Assembly: GCA_963841435.1 (NCBI GenBank)
Contig: CAWJCS010000004.1
Location: 224,001-288,000 of the forward strand
DNA: 64,000 bases
Reading direction: 5' to 3'
DNA from: an uncultured delta proteobacterium
Lineage (GTDB): Bacteria > Myxococcota_A > Polyangia > Polyangiales > Polyangiaceae
Positions 1 through 8,210 of the stretch are shown here, piece by piece. A program made the position numbers and the translations under genes. Within the stretch, counting starts at the first letter, position 1; every line of letters starts with the position of its first letter. Under the pieces are notes generated by a model, which saw nothing but the letters and a program-made list of their open reading frames with translations, was not told the origin of the DNA and did not search any database.

Positions 1-282
1 GCGGTCGCGCGCGCGCAGCTTTCCGTGGGCCTGCAGGATGCCTCCCGGGCGAGCGAACGCTGGGCCACGACGGCTTTGTGGGTCGTGGCGGGGGCGTCGT
101 TTCTCGGTGCGGCCGTCGTCGTCGCACTGGCGCTCCGGGACGCGAAGCGCCGGCCCGCGGGGGTCGAGGACTTCACCCGCCGCGCGGTGCCATCCCTCGG
201 CAGGCTCGCGCTCAAGGCATTCTGGTCGATGGCAGAGCGTCGCCTCGGCGGGGCGCACGCGGCGAAGGCGCCCGAGGGGTAG
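1..282 (+). CDS. Hypothetical membrane protein, probably 5'-truncated by the window
   Basis: Frame is open from base 1 to TAG at 280-282; one hydrophobic segment (ALWVVAGASFLGAAVVVALAL). Confidence 0.5.
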   Translation, partial: AVARAQLSVGLQDASRASERWATTALWVVAGASFLGAAVVVALALRDAKRRPAGVEDFTRRAVPSLGRLALKAFWSMAERRLGGAHAAKAPEG

Positions 283-308
283 CGTGCCTGCTCGGCGCCG
301 TTCTCGAG

Positions 309-1040
309 CTAGCTCGCCGGCCAGGTAAGCTCAATCAGTGAGCCGCCTTCCGCACGCGCCGCGACGGAAAGCGCGCCGCCGAAGCGTTTGGCCGTCGAGT
401 AGGCGAGGGACATCACCTGCAGGCGGTCGTCCGCGCGGTCGGCACGCGCTTCCGGCGGCTCCATGCGATCGACGGGCCCCGCGGGAGGTTGCAAGCTCGG
501 CGCTTCGATCGCGAAAGTGGTCGCGTTTTCGTCGCCTTTCGATGCGCGCAGCGTGATGACCGTTGCGGGCGCTGCGTGCCTGAGCGCGAGGGACAGCACG
601 CTCGTGAGCACGACCGTCGCCATCGTCCCCTCGGCGAGCTGGGCTCGGGGTACGTCGCCGTCGAGCGAAACCTCGACGCGGCGCTCGGCCGCGATGGGCC
701 CGTAGAGCGCCATGCAATCGGCGACGACCGTTGCGGCCGACGTGGGCGTCACGTCCGGCGCCCGCTCGTGCAGGTGGCCGATCAAGGCGTGCACGCGAGC
801 GGCGAGGCGATCCACCTGCTCTTCGATGCGGCGCGCGTTCTCCGCGGCGGACGCCGGGTCCTGGCCAGAGCGGATCAAGGCAGCGCGTCCGGCGATCACG
901 TTGAGTGGCGTGCCGATGACGTGGCCGAGCGTCGCCGCCGTGCTCGACATCGCGGCCCGGCGGTCCATCTCACGGAGCTGGTCCAGGAGCCCGAGGAGGC
1001 TGCCGAACTCGGGCGGTGGGCGAGCGGGTGGGGAGCCCAT
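309..1040 (-). CDS. Sensor-less histidine kinase homolog (DHp plus degenerate HATPase domain)
   Basis: H-box-like TLGHVIGTPLNVIAGRA and C-terminal FGGALSV...GGSLIELTWP; N, G1, F and G2 boxes absent. ATG 1040 is preceded by GAGGTG. Confidence 0.8.
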   Translation of the reverse strand: MGSPPARPPPEFGSLLGLLDQLREMDRRAAMSSTAATLGHVIGTPLNVIAGRAALIRSGQDPASAAENARRIEEQVDRLAARVHALIGHLHERAPDVTPTSAATVVADCMALYGPIAAERRVEVSLDGDVPRAQLAEGTMATVVLTSVLSLALRHAAPATVITLRASKGDENATTFAIEAPSLQPPAGPVDRMEPPEARADRADDRLQVMSLAYSTAKRFGGALSVAARAEGGSLIELTWPAS

Positions 1041-1111
1041 CACCTCACCTAGACCCAGCATCAACTATTTGAAAACCCTGAACACGCGAGCGTGGCGGGC
1101 TTGCGGTCGCC

Positions 1112-1126
1112 GAGGCAGGATGCCAC
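1112..1126. promoter_or_regulatory. Putative enhancer (UAS) palindrome GAGGCA-N3-TGCCAC
   Basis: About 60-70 bp upstream of the -24 element at 1183; identical arms recur inverted at 5557-5571, and related sites lie at 2662, 4517, 5576 and 6879. Confidence 0.5.
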
Positions 1127-1181
1127 GCTCTTTTTGGGCACCGTAGCAGTCCCGCCGCCGGAAGAGCCGCGAACGTACTTC

Positions 1182-1197
1182 CGGCACGAGACGTGCT
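1182..1197 (+). promoter_or_regulatory. sigma54 -24/-12 promoter of the NtrC-family gene
   Basis: CGGCACGAGACGTGCT fits GG-N10-GC with the GGCACG core. Confidence 0.65.
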
Positions 1198-1264
1198 GCG
1201 GGGGACCCGTCTCCGATTCCGTACGAGCTCCGTGCCGCAAGTCAGTTCCTACTCGCGCGTCGGC

Positions 1265-2620
1265 GTGACCTCCGCCAAGCCCCGCGTCCTCGTTGTCGAT
1301 GACGATCAGGAAATGTGCGAGCTCACGGAGGCGGGGCTCAGCCAGCGTGGCTATGCGGTTTCGTGGCGACAGTCTCCGCGCGACGCGCTTTCGCTGCTCG
1401 ACGCCCAGGAGTTTTCGGTTCTCCTCGCGGACATTCACATGGACGAGCTCGATGGACTGTCGCTCTGTCGCAGCGCGCTCGCCAAGCGCCCCGACCTCGT
1501 CGTCGTGATGATGACTGGGTTCGGCAGCGTCGACCACGCCGTCGGCGCGATGCGCGCCGGCGCCTACGATTTCGTCACCAAGCCGGTCTCGATTGAGGCG
1601 CTTTCGCTCGTCCTTCGTCGCGCTGCCAGGCACCACGCCATGGTCGACGAGCTCGGGCGCCTGCGACAGAGCGTGCGTGACCGAGAGCTGCCGAACATGC
1701 TCGGGACGAGCCAGCCGATGCAGCGCGTCGCGGAGCTCGTCGGGCGCGTCGCGGCGACCTCGACGGCCGTGCTCGTCACGGGGGAAAGCGGAACGGGCAA
1801 GGAGCTCGTGGCTCGCGCGCTGCACGAAAGGAGCGGGCGCAAAGGACCTTTTCTGGCCGTCAACTGCGCCGCGCTCCCCGCGCCGCTGCTCGAGAGCGAG
1901 CTCTTCGGTCATGCGCGCGGTGCCTTCACCGATGCCCGCGTCGCCCGCTCGGGGCTGTTCGAAGAGGCAAACGGCGGCACGCTCCTGCTCGACGAGATCG
2001 GCGACATGCCGCTCGCCATGCAAGTCAAGATCCTACGCGCTCTGCAGGAGCGTCGCGTCCGCCCCGTGGGCGCCGCCCGTGAGGTCGAGTTCGACGCTCG
2101 TATCGTCACCGCCACGAATCGCGATCTGGACGCGGACGTTGCCGCGGGGCGTTTTCGCGAGGATCTGTACTATCGCATCAATGTCGTGCGTATCGACGTC
2201 CCGCCCCTTCGCGAGCGCGGGCCCGACGTGCTCGTGCTGGCTCAGTGCCTCCTGGAGCGGGCCGCGGCCAAGGCGAAAACTCCCGTGTCCCGGCTGGGTG
2301 AGCTCGTGGCCGAGCGTCTCCTCGCTTATCCCTGGCCGGGCAACGTTCGCGAGCTCGAAAATTGTATGGAACGCATGGTCGCGCTCGCGAGCTTCGACGA
2401 GCTCCGCGTCGCCGATCTGCCCCCGAAGGTGCGCGACTATCGCGCCGACCGCAGCCGGGTACCGCCCGCCGACCCCATGGCCATGCCGACGCTCGGCGCC
2501 GTGACCGAGCGGTACCTTCGCAAGGTGTTGCGGGCGGTGCGGGGCAACAAGACGCTCGCGGCGAGGATCCTCGGGCTCGACAGGCGCACCCTGTACCGCA
2601 AGCTCCAGCGCTACGACTGA
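1265..2620 (+). CDS. sigma54-dependent response regulator (NtrC family: REC-AAA+-Fis HTH)
   Basis: VLVVDDD receiver, Walker A GESGTGKE, GAFTDA loop, LLLDEIG, FREDLYYR, WPGNVRELEN, HTH NKTLAARILGLDRRTLYRK. Start uncertain (1193 or 1265). Confidence 0.95.
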   Translation: MTSAKPRVLVVDDDQEMCELTEAGLSQRGYAVSWRQSPRDALSLLDAQEFSVLLADIHMDELDGLSLCRSALAKRPDLVVVMMTGFGSVDHAVGAMRAGAYDFVTKPVSIEALSLVLRRAARHHAMVDELGRLRQSVRDRELPNMLGTSQPMQRVAELVGRVAATSTAVLVTGESGTGKELVARALHERSGRKGPFLAVNCAALPAPLLESELFGHARGAFTDARVARSGLFEEANGGTLLLDEIGDMPLAMQVKILRALQERRVRPVGAAREVEFDARIVTATNRDLDADVAAGRFREDLYYRINVVRIDVPPLRERGPDVLVLAQCLLERAAAKAKTPVSRLGELVAERLLAYPWPGNVRELENCMERMVALASFDELRVADLPPKVRDYRADRSRVPPADPMAMPTLGAVTERYLRKVLRAVRGNKTLAARILGLDRRTLYRKLQRYD

Positions 2621-2661
2621 GGGCGACCTGAACGGGCGACGCTAGGCTGATCTGCCCCGCA

Positions 2662-2676
2662 GTGACAAGTTGCCAC
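2662..2676. promoter_or_regulatory. Putative UAS palindrome GTGACA-AGT-TGCCAC
   Basis: Near-perfect inverted repeat upstream of the sigma54 promoter at 2708. Confidence 0.5.
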
Positions 2677-2707
2677 GCCCTTTCGGAGCCAACTGCCGTG
2701 ATCGTGT

Positions 2708-2723
2708 TGGCGCGCGACATGCA
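2708..2723 (+). promoter_or_regulatory. sigma54 -24/-12 promoter
   Basis: TGGCGCGCGACATGCA fits GG-N10-GC; predicted +1 falls about 2 nt before ATG 2736. Confidence 0.6.
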
Positions 2724-2735
2724 ACGCGGTCCAAC

Positions 2736-3113
2736 ATGAAGCGCGCACTCGAGAACCCACGGCTCGCGCTGACGGGGACGCTTTGCAGCGCCATCGTATG
2801 CGGCGCGGGCGTCATCGCCCTCCAGGGCCCGGATGGCGTGCTGGTCGCCGCGATTCTACTCACGCTCGCTCTGGTTGTGGGCGGCGTGGGTGGTGCCTAC
2901 GCGACGAATCGGCGCCTCGGCTGGGGCCTCGCCGTCCTCGCCGCGGCGACTCTGCCACTGTTTTTTGGGCTCTACGCCGTGGGGCTCGGCATTCTGAGGA
3001 CGCTGGGACCGGGGATCGCCGGAGCCCTGCTGCTCGTGCTCGGGATCGCGCTCACGGCCGTCACGCTGCGTATCTGGCTGCATTTGTTGCGGCGTCGTGC
3101 CAAACATCCTTGA
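2736..3113 (+). CDS. Small integral membrane protein (about 4 TM helices)
   Basis: MKRALENPR followed by four hydrophobic segments. Confidence 0.7.
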   Translation: MKRALENPRLALTGTLCSAIVCGAGVIALQGPDGVLVAAILLTLALVVGGVGGAYATNRRLGWGLAVLAAATLPLFFGLYAVGLGILRTLGPGIAGALLLVLGIALTAVTLRIWLHLLRRRAKHP

Positions 3114-3134
3114 GCTTCGGCTCGAGGAGTTTGG

Positions 3135-4088
3135 ATGGCGATACCAGGTGCGCCGCGGGCGAGCCGCGACGCAGACGAAGCAGAAGACGCGCCGCACGCG
3201 GGTTTGGGCCTCCGCCTGCGGAAAGCCGTGCGTCTCGCGCAGTGCGTTCGTCGCCACGCCGACGACGATGGCGTCAACGTCGTCGCGGCGGGGCTCGCAT
3301 TCTACGCGCTGTTCGGGCTGTTCCCGGCACTCGTGGCGCTCGTGGCGCTCTACGGCCTCGTCGCGGATCCGAACGACATGGAGCGCACGGTCCAGGCGTT
3401 GTCGGCCGTGTTGCCGCATCCGGCGCAGGCCGTGCTCACGCACGATCTCGCGACGCTCGTCGCGAGGGCGCCCGCGGGCCTCGGCCTGAGCTTCGGCCTC
3501 GGCTTGCTCGTCGTGCTGTGGAGCAGCTCCACGGCCGTGAGCGCGCTCGTGCGGGCGATCAATCTCGCCTACAAGGTGGCCCCGCAGCGGGGCTTTCTGC
3601 GCCGTCGCTGGTTGTCGCTGCTTTTGACGCTCGGCGCCATGCTGGCCGTGAGTGTCGCCGTGCCGCTCGTGACGGCGTTGCCGGTGCTGTTCGAGCGCCT
3701 CGGGTGGCGGCCGACCGTGCTGGTCGTGCAGCCGCCGCTCATGGCGGCGATGGCGTTCGTCGCGCTCCTCACGGTTTATCGCTACGCGCCCGAGGACGCC
3801 CACTACCACAGCGTGCGTCGCGCCCTGCCCGGCGCGTCGTTCGCTGCGGGCTCCTGGGTCGCGATGAGCGCGCTTTACTCGGTCTACGTGGCCTACGTGG
3901 GCGACTTTGCGTCGTCGTACGGCGCGCTCGAGGGCGTCATCGTGCTCTGCCTGTGGCTCTACCTGTCGTCACTCGTCGTGCTCCTGGGTGCGGAGCTGAA
4001 CGCGGAGCTCGCGCGCGCCGCGCGTGAGTCCACCACTTCCAGCGGCGCGCGCGCCGAGCGGAGCCCGGAGATCGACCCTTCTGCGTAG
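3135..4088 (+). CDS. YihY/BrkB family membrane protein
   Basis: AAGLAFYALFGLFP, INLAY, YRYAP, SYGALEGVIVLCLWLYLS, GAELNA; GAGGAG RBS. Confidence 0.92.
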   Translation: MAIPGAPRASRDADEAEDAPHAGLGLRLRKAVRLAQCVRRHADDDGVNVVAAGLAFYALFGLFPALVALVALYGLVADPNDMERTVQALSAVLPHPAQAVLTHDLATLVARAPAGLGLSFGLGLLVVLWSSSTAVSALVRAINLAYKVAPQRGFLRRRWLSLLLTLGAMLAVSVAVPLVTALPVLFERLGWRPTVLVVQPPLMAAMAFVALLTVYRYAPEDAHYHSVRRALPGASFAAGSWVAMSALYSVYVAYVGDFASSYGALEGVIVLCLWLYLSSLVVLLGAELNAELARAARESTTSSGARAERSPEIDPSA

Positions 4089-4103
4089 CGGGCCGGGTGC
4101 CCG

Positions 4104-4436
4104 TCAGCTGCCGTTGTGGTGGGCTTCGTTTGCGGAGTGACCCATGTCCTCGAGGCGGGCGTTGACGCGGCGCTTGGCGTCGTCGAGTCCTCGCGTCACG
4201 CGGCCGCGGAGCTCGCGCCCCGAGCTCGGTGCCATCAAGAGCGCGCAGGCGGCACCCGTAGCGGCAGCCAGGCTCATCAACCCGAGCGTTGGCAAGACGC
4301 GCTCCGCCGTGCCGCGGCGCTTCTCGAGCCCGACCGTGCCGAGCACGTCGTCGACCTCGAGCCGGTGTAGCGCCTTGAGGGCCTGCTGGGCCCCGATGAG
4401 TGAGCCGAATGTCCAGATCATCTTGTTCATGTTCAT
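4104..4436 (-). CDS. YtxH-like small protein
   Basis: GAACALLMAPSSGRELR matches the YtxH LxAPxxGxExR pattern; strong RBS AAAGGAGG before ATG 4436. Confidence 0.8.
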   Translation of the reverse strand: MNMNKMIWTFGSLIGAQQALKALHRLEVDDVLGTVGLEKRRGTAERVLPTLGLMSLAAATGAACALLMAPSSGRELRGRVTRGLDDAKRRVNARLEDMGHSANEAHHNGS

Positions 4437-4473
4437 AGCGACCTCCTTTCTGGGGAATCGAACCAATGGCGGC

Positions 4474-4489
4474 TGCAAGACGGGTGCCA
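4474..4489 (-). promoter_or_regulatory. sigma54 -24/-12 promoter of the YtxH-like gene
   Basis: Minus strand reads TGGCACCCGTCTTGCA, close to the consensus TGGCAC-N5-TTGCA. Confidence 0.85.
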
Positions 4490-4519
4490 GCTTCTGGATC
4501 GACTCTGGAGCCGCCCTCG

Positions 4520-5446
4520 TCATTCTGCCTGCGCGGGGCCGTCGCGCGGACGCTTGTCAGCGAGCAAGCTCGCCCCGGCAGCGGACGCGATCAGCGTGAC
4601 GATGATGCTCACCGAGAGCAGCGCCGGCACGCGTACCCAGTCGCCGAGGGCGAGCTTTGCCGCCGCGAAGCCCAGGACCGCCGCGAGGCCGTAGTGCAGG
4701 TAGCGAAGCCGCGTCAGGAGCCGTTCCGCTGCGATGAAAAGCGAACGCAGCCCGAGCACGGCGAAGGCATTCGAGCTGTAGACGATGAAACGATCCCGCG
4801 TGATCGACAACGCTGCCGGAACCGAATCGACCGCGAACACCACGTCGCTCACTTCGATGGCGATGAGCGCGACGAGCAGCGGCGTCGCGACGCGGCGCCC
4901 CCCTTCCCGCGCGAAAAAATGGCGACTGTGCGGCGAGCTTGCTACGGGTAGCCGCGCGGCCAGCCACGCGACGACCGGGCTTTGCTCTTCCTTGCCGAGC
5001 TCCTCGCGCATCGCATGGATGGCCGCGAGCACGAGCAAGCCCGCGAAGACGAGGCGCACCCACTCCCAGTGTTCGAGCGCCGAGACGCCGACGAGGATGA
5101 ACAGGCCGCGTAGCACGAGTGCGGCAAGGATCCCCCAGACCAGAGCCGTGTGCTGGTTCTCTCTCGGGATGTGCAGGCTCCTGAAGATGAGGAGGAAGAT
5201 GAACATGTTGTCGAGGCTCAGACATTTTTCCATCGCGTACGCGGCGAGGTATTCCTCCCAGTCCGACGTGCCGGAGGCGGCGACCACGCCCGCAAAGCCC
5301 GTTCCGAGCAGCACCCACAGCGCGGCCCAGAGCGCCGCCGCCTTCGGCGACGTGGCGCGACCGCGCCGGTGAACGAAGAGGTCGAGTGCGAGCAGGCCGC
5401 CGAGCAGCGTCGCGAAACAGAGCCAACGGAGGGGCCCCTGGTGCAT
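4520..5446 (-). CDS. terC: TerC/Alx family membrane protein
   Basis: EKCLSLDNMFIF, ALVLRGLFI, DVVFAVDSVPA, SNAFAVLGLRSL. Start could also be 5470 or 5482. Confidence 0.9.
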   Translation of the reverse strand: MHQGPLRWLCFATLLGGLLALDLFVHRRGRATSPKAAALWAALWVLLGTGFAGVVAASGTSDWEEYLAAYAMEKCLSLDNMFIFLLIFRSLHIPRENQHTALVWGILAALVLRGLFILVGVSALEHWEWVRLVFAGLLVLAAIHAMREELGKEEQSPVVAWLAARLPVASSPHSRHFFAREGGRRVATPLLVALIAIEVSDVVFAVDSVPAALSITRDRFIVYSSNAFAVLGLRSLFIAAERLLTRLRYLHYGLAAVLGFAAAKLALGDWVRVPALLSVSIIVTLIASAAGASLLADKRPRDGPAQAE

Positions 5447-5492
5447 GCAGAGGGACCAAGCCGCTTCCATGCCAACTCGCACCTGCCTGGCG

Positions 5493-5508
5493 TGGCACGG
5501 CGCGTGCA
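5493..5508 (+). promoter_or_regulatory. sigma54 -24/-12 promoter
   Basis: TGGCACGGCGCGTGCA fits GG-N10-GC with a perfect TGGCACG. Confidence 0.7.
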
Positions 5509-5543
5509 GCCGACGCCTTCAGCTAGTGAACAGGAGGTGATCG

Positions 5544-5618
5544 ATGCGCGTGCGACGTGGCAATGTGCCTCGCCGGTGCCGCGCTGCCACGCACGCCTCG
5601 GGAACCACGGGGTCGTGA
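5544..5618 (+). CDS. Possible 24-aa leader peptide (MRVRRGNVPRRCRAATHASGTTGS)
   Basis: Preceded by AGGAGGTGATC; its TGA overlaps the GTG start at 5615 of the next gene. Confidence 0.3.
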   Translation: MRVRRGNVPRRCRAATHASGTTGS

Positions 5619-7033
5619 AGCGTCGGGCTCGGCGAGTGTCCTGGGTCGCGGTGGCGGTCACATCGCTCGCTGCCGCGTGGGTGTCGAGCGTGTGGCTCGC
5701 GGGCGTGCTCGTCGAGCGCGAGCTCGAGCGGTTCGCGACGGAGTCGGGGTTGCGTCTCGACGCGACCTCGAGACGCTCGTGGGTTCCCGGACGCGTCGTC
5801 CTCCGCGACGTGACGCTCGAGACGCGGTCCGGGGATTTTTCGCTGCGTGCGGGGAGCATCGAGCTTCACGTAGTGCTCTCGAGCCTGCTATCGCACGAGC
5901 TCGAGCTCGGCCTTTTGACGCTCGGAGACGTGGAGCTCGACCTCGGCGCGGACGTTGCGACCCCGCCCGCGGCCGCGAGGCGCCCGGACGCGGCGTCAGC
6001 GGCCGCCATGAGGTCGGCCGCGGCGGTAGCGTCACCCACGTGGGGTGTGCGCGTTGGGCGCGGGTCACTCGAGCTCCGGCGACTCAATCTTGCGGGCTCC
6101 CGGCTGAGCGGGCGCGTCACCGTCCGGCTCGACGGGCTCACAATCGCGGACGGTCGCGTTTCGGGTCGCCTCGTGCTCGAAGGCGACGGCGCGCTGTCTT
6201 CCAACGCGGGCACCCGAACGCGGCTCAGCGCGAAGCAAGGGACGAACGCCGAGCTTGGTGTGCGCGACGATCGGTCGCTCGACGTGCGGCTCGTAGCCGC
6301 CGAGGTTCGGCTTAGACACGGTGACTGGGCAATCGCCTTCCACGAAGCGCGCGCCACCGCCAACGGCGCCGCTACGGGCGCCGAGCCGACTGGCAGCGTT
6401 TCGCTCGTGAGCCCGCACGCCACGCTCGCGCACGGATCAAGCTCGTTCGATTTCGAGCTCGACGCGCAGGCCGCCATCTCCGAGCTCCATCCGGCGTCGT
6501 TCGGGGTTCGATTCGGCGACGGGCGCGTGAAGGCCCACCTCCTGGCTTCCACGAAAGGGGGGCCGTGGGGCGACCTGCGGCTGGGAGTCCGCGTCGACCG
6601 AGGCTCGCTGTCGCTCCGCAGCGGAGCGAGCGTCGTCGGCGCGCTCCACGTTGCGGGGGACGACGGTGGGTCGTTGCTCGAGGTGCTCGGGCTCCCCGGG
6701 TCCATCGAGCTTGCCTTGTCGTCGCTCTCCGGTCGCCCGTTCGACGTTCGCGCGCGGATCGATCGCACTCCGCGACGCTTCTCGATCACTCACCTCGTCG
6801 CCGAGAGCCCCGCGCTGCGTGTCGAGGGAGCCTTGGTGCGCGTTCGGGGCGTGCAGCGTCTCGCGCTGCTCGTCCACCGAGGCAGAATGGCGATGGGTGT
6901 CGCAGTGGGTCCCAATGGCGCGCGCCTCGAACCGATGCCCGAGCGTGGCTGGCTTGCGCGCGAAACGGCGAAGCTTCGCCGCGGTATGACTCCTCGCGGA
7001 CATGGGCGCGCCGAAGGCGTGTCGGCACGGTAG
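5615..7033 (+). CDS. Membrane-anchored beta-rich protein (AsmA-like, tentative)
   Basis: Basic N-terminus and TM anchor, then alternating beta-strand patterns (PGRVVLRDVTL, LSSLLSHELELGLLTL). Confidence 0.65.
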   Translation: MKRRARRVSWVAVAVTSLAAAWVSSVWLAGVLVERELERFATESGLRLDATSRRSWVPGRVVLRDVTLETRSGDFSLRAGSIELHVVLSSLLSHELELGLLTLGDVELDLGADVATPPAAARRPDAASAAAMRSAAAVASPTWGVRVGRGSLELRRLNLAGSRLSGRVTVRLDGLTIADGRVSGRLVLEGDGALSSNAGTRTRLSAKQGTNAELGVRDDRSLDVRLVAAEVRLRHGDWAIAFHEARATANGAATGAEPTGSVSLVSPHATLAHGSSSFDFELDAQAAISELHPASFGVRFGDGRVKAHLLASTKGGPWGDLRLGVRVDRGSLSLRSGASVVGALHVAGDDGGSLLEVLGLPGSIELALSSLSGRPFDVRARIDRTPRRFSITHLVAESPALRVEGALVRVRGVQRLALLVHRGRMAMGVAVGPNGARLEPMPERGWLARETAKLRRGMTPRGHGRAEGVSAR

Positions 7034-7038
7034 TTGCT
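7023..7038 (+). promoter_or_regulatory. sigma54 -24/-12 promoter of the EF-hand lipoprotein gene
   Basis: CGGCACGGTAGTTGCT, near consensus; followed by RBS AAAGGAGGA and ATG 7066. Confidence 0.85.
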
Positions 7039-7065
7039 TGTTCGTTGAGTGAAAGGAGGACGACC

Positions 7066-7914
7066 ATGCGAGCTTGCCATCTGCCCTACCTCGGTTGGGC
7101 GCTATTGAGTCTAGTGTCGTTCGGCTGCAGCTATCGAGAGCCGAAGGCCGACGCGAGCGAGACGAAGAAGCCGGACAAGGCCGCTGAGGCCGCCCTGAGC
7201 GCGTCGAAAACGAGCGACGCTCGGGCTGCTGCGAAGGTGGACGTCGCGGGCCTCGCGACGTGCGAGCCGACGCGCGCCGCGATGCAGTCGACCTTAGCGA
7301 CTCTCGCCGCATCCGCAGACGCGGACTCCGACGGCAAAATCTCCCGCCCCGAGGCCGAATCGCTCGTGAACTTTCTCGTGGGAGGCTTCATGTTCCGCGC
7401 CGACGAAAACGGCGACGGAACGGTGACCCCTTCCGAGGGCCGCAAAGTGCGCATGGAGCTCACCGAGCAGCACCCGGCGCTCGCCGCGCTCCTCGCTCAG
7501 GTGCGTGCCGCCACGGGGACCAATCCGTTCCACGAGCTCGCCTCGCTCCTCGACGTGAACTACGAGAAACCGGTCAAGGCGAGCGACGCTCGCGCCGTGG
7601 CGCTGGTCGTTCTCGACGATGTCTTCAAGGTCGCCGATCAGAACCACGATGGTGCCATCACCGAGAGCGAGGCCAGGGCGGCGGGCATGAAGGGCGAAAA
7701 TGCCCTCGGCGAGCAGGCGTTTGCCGCGGCCGACGCGAATTCGGACGGGTACCTCGACGAGAAGGAGTTCGAAAGGCCGCTCGAAGCGTCGGCGAGGATT
7801 GCGTTTCGCATCGCTGACGCGAACGACGACGACAAGCTCACCAAGGACGAGGCTCGAGCGGCGCTGGGGGGCGTCGTTCGGCAAATCGGCTTGTTGACCA
7901 CGATGACGAACTGA
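7066..7914 (+). CDS. EF-hand calcium-binding lipoprotein
   Basis: Lipobox-like SFGC; five EF loops: DADSDGKISRPE, DENGDGTVTPSE, DQNHDGAITESE, DANSDGYLDEKE, DANDDDKLTKDE. Confidence 0.88.
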   Translation: MRACHLPYLGWALLSLVSFGCSYREPKADASETKKPDKAAEAALSASKTSDARAAAKVDVAGLATCEPTRAAMQSTLATLAASADADSDGKISRPEAESLVNFLVGGFMFRADENGDGTVTPSEGRKVRMELTEQHPALAALLAQVRAATGTNPFHELASLLDVNYEKPVKASDARAVALVVLDDVFKVADQNHDGAITESEARAAGMKGENALGEQAFAAADANSDGYLDEKEFERPLEASARIAFRIADANDDDKLTKDEARAALGGVVRQIGLLTTMTN

Positions 7915-7960
7915 GGCGCGCCGCGAGCAACGGTGCGGCTCTTTGCCCGAGGAGTCAGCC

Positions 7961-8167
7961 ATGACGTTTTCGAACGAGGAGCAGCTGGACGAAGAGGTCG
8001 ATGCCACCTTGCGCGAGCTCCGCCGCCGGCGGAGCGCCAAGTTGACACTCGTGATCGTGGGCATGGTGCTCGGTGGCGTGGCCGCGGTCGCCGCGACGGC
8101 GCTCATGTACTCCGATACCACCCACGCCATCGGCTCAGACCGGATCGGTTCGGGCGCAACGAAGTAG
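7961..8167 (+). CDS. Small single-pass membrane protein
   Basis: GAGGAG RBS; acidic N-terminus, Arg patch, one TM helix. Confidence 0.65.
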   Translation: MTFSNEEQLDEEVDATLRELRRRRSAKLTLVIVGMVLGGVAAVAATALMYSDTTHAIGSDRIGSGATK

Positions 8168-8210
8168 CGTCCCTGTACCGCACGGGATGGCGTAGGCTTG
8201 CCGCGCCCCG

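Noticed and set aside
1919-1936. GAFTDA instead of GAFTGA as a sign of an inactive activator
   Set aside because: The critical F and T are kept and GAFTDA is a common natural variant.
5446-5620. yybP-ykoY Mn riboswitch upstream of terC
   Set aside because: I could not find its conserved elements; the region is explained by a sigma54 promoter and palindromes.
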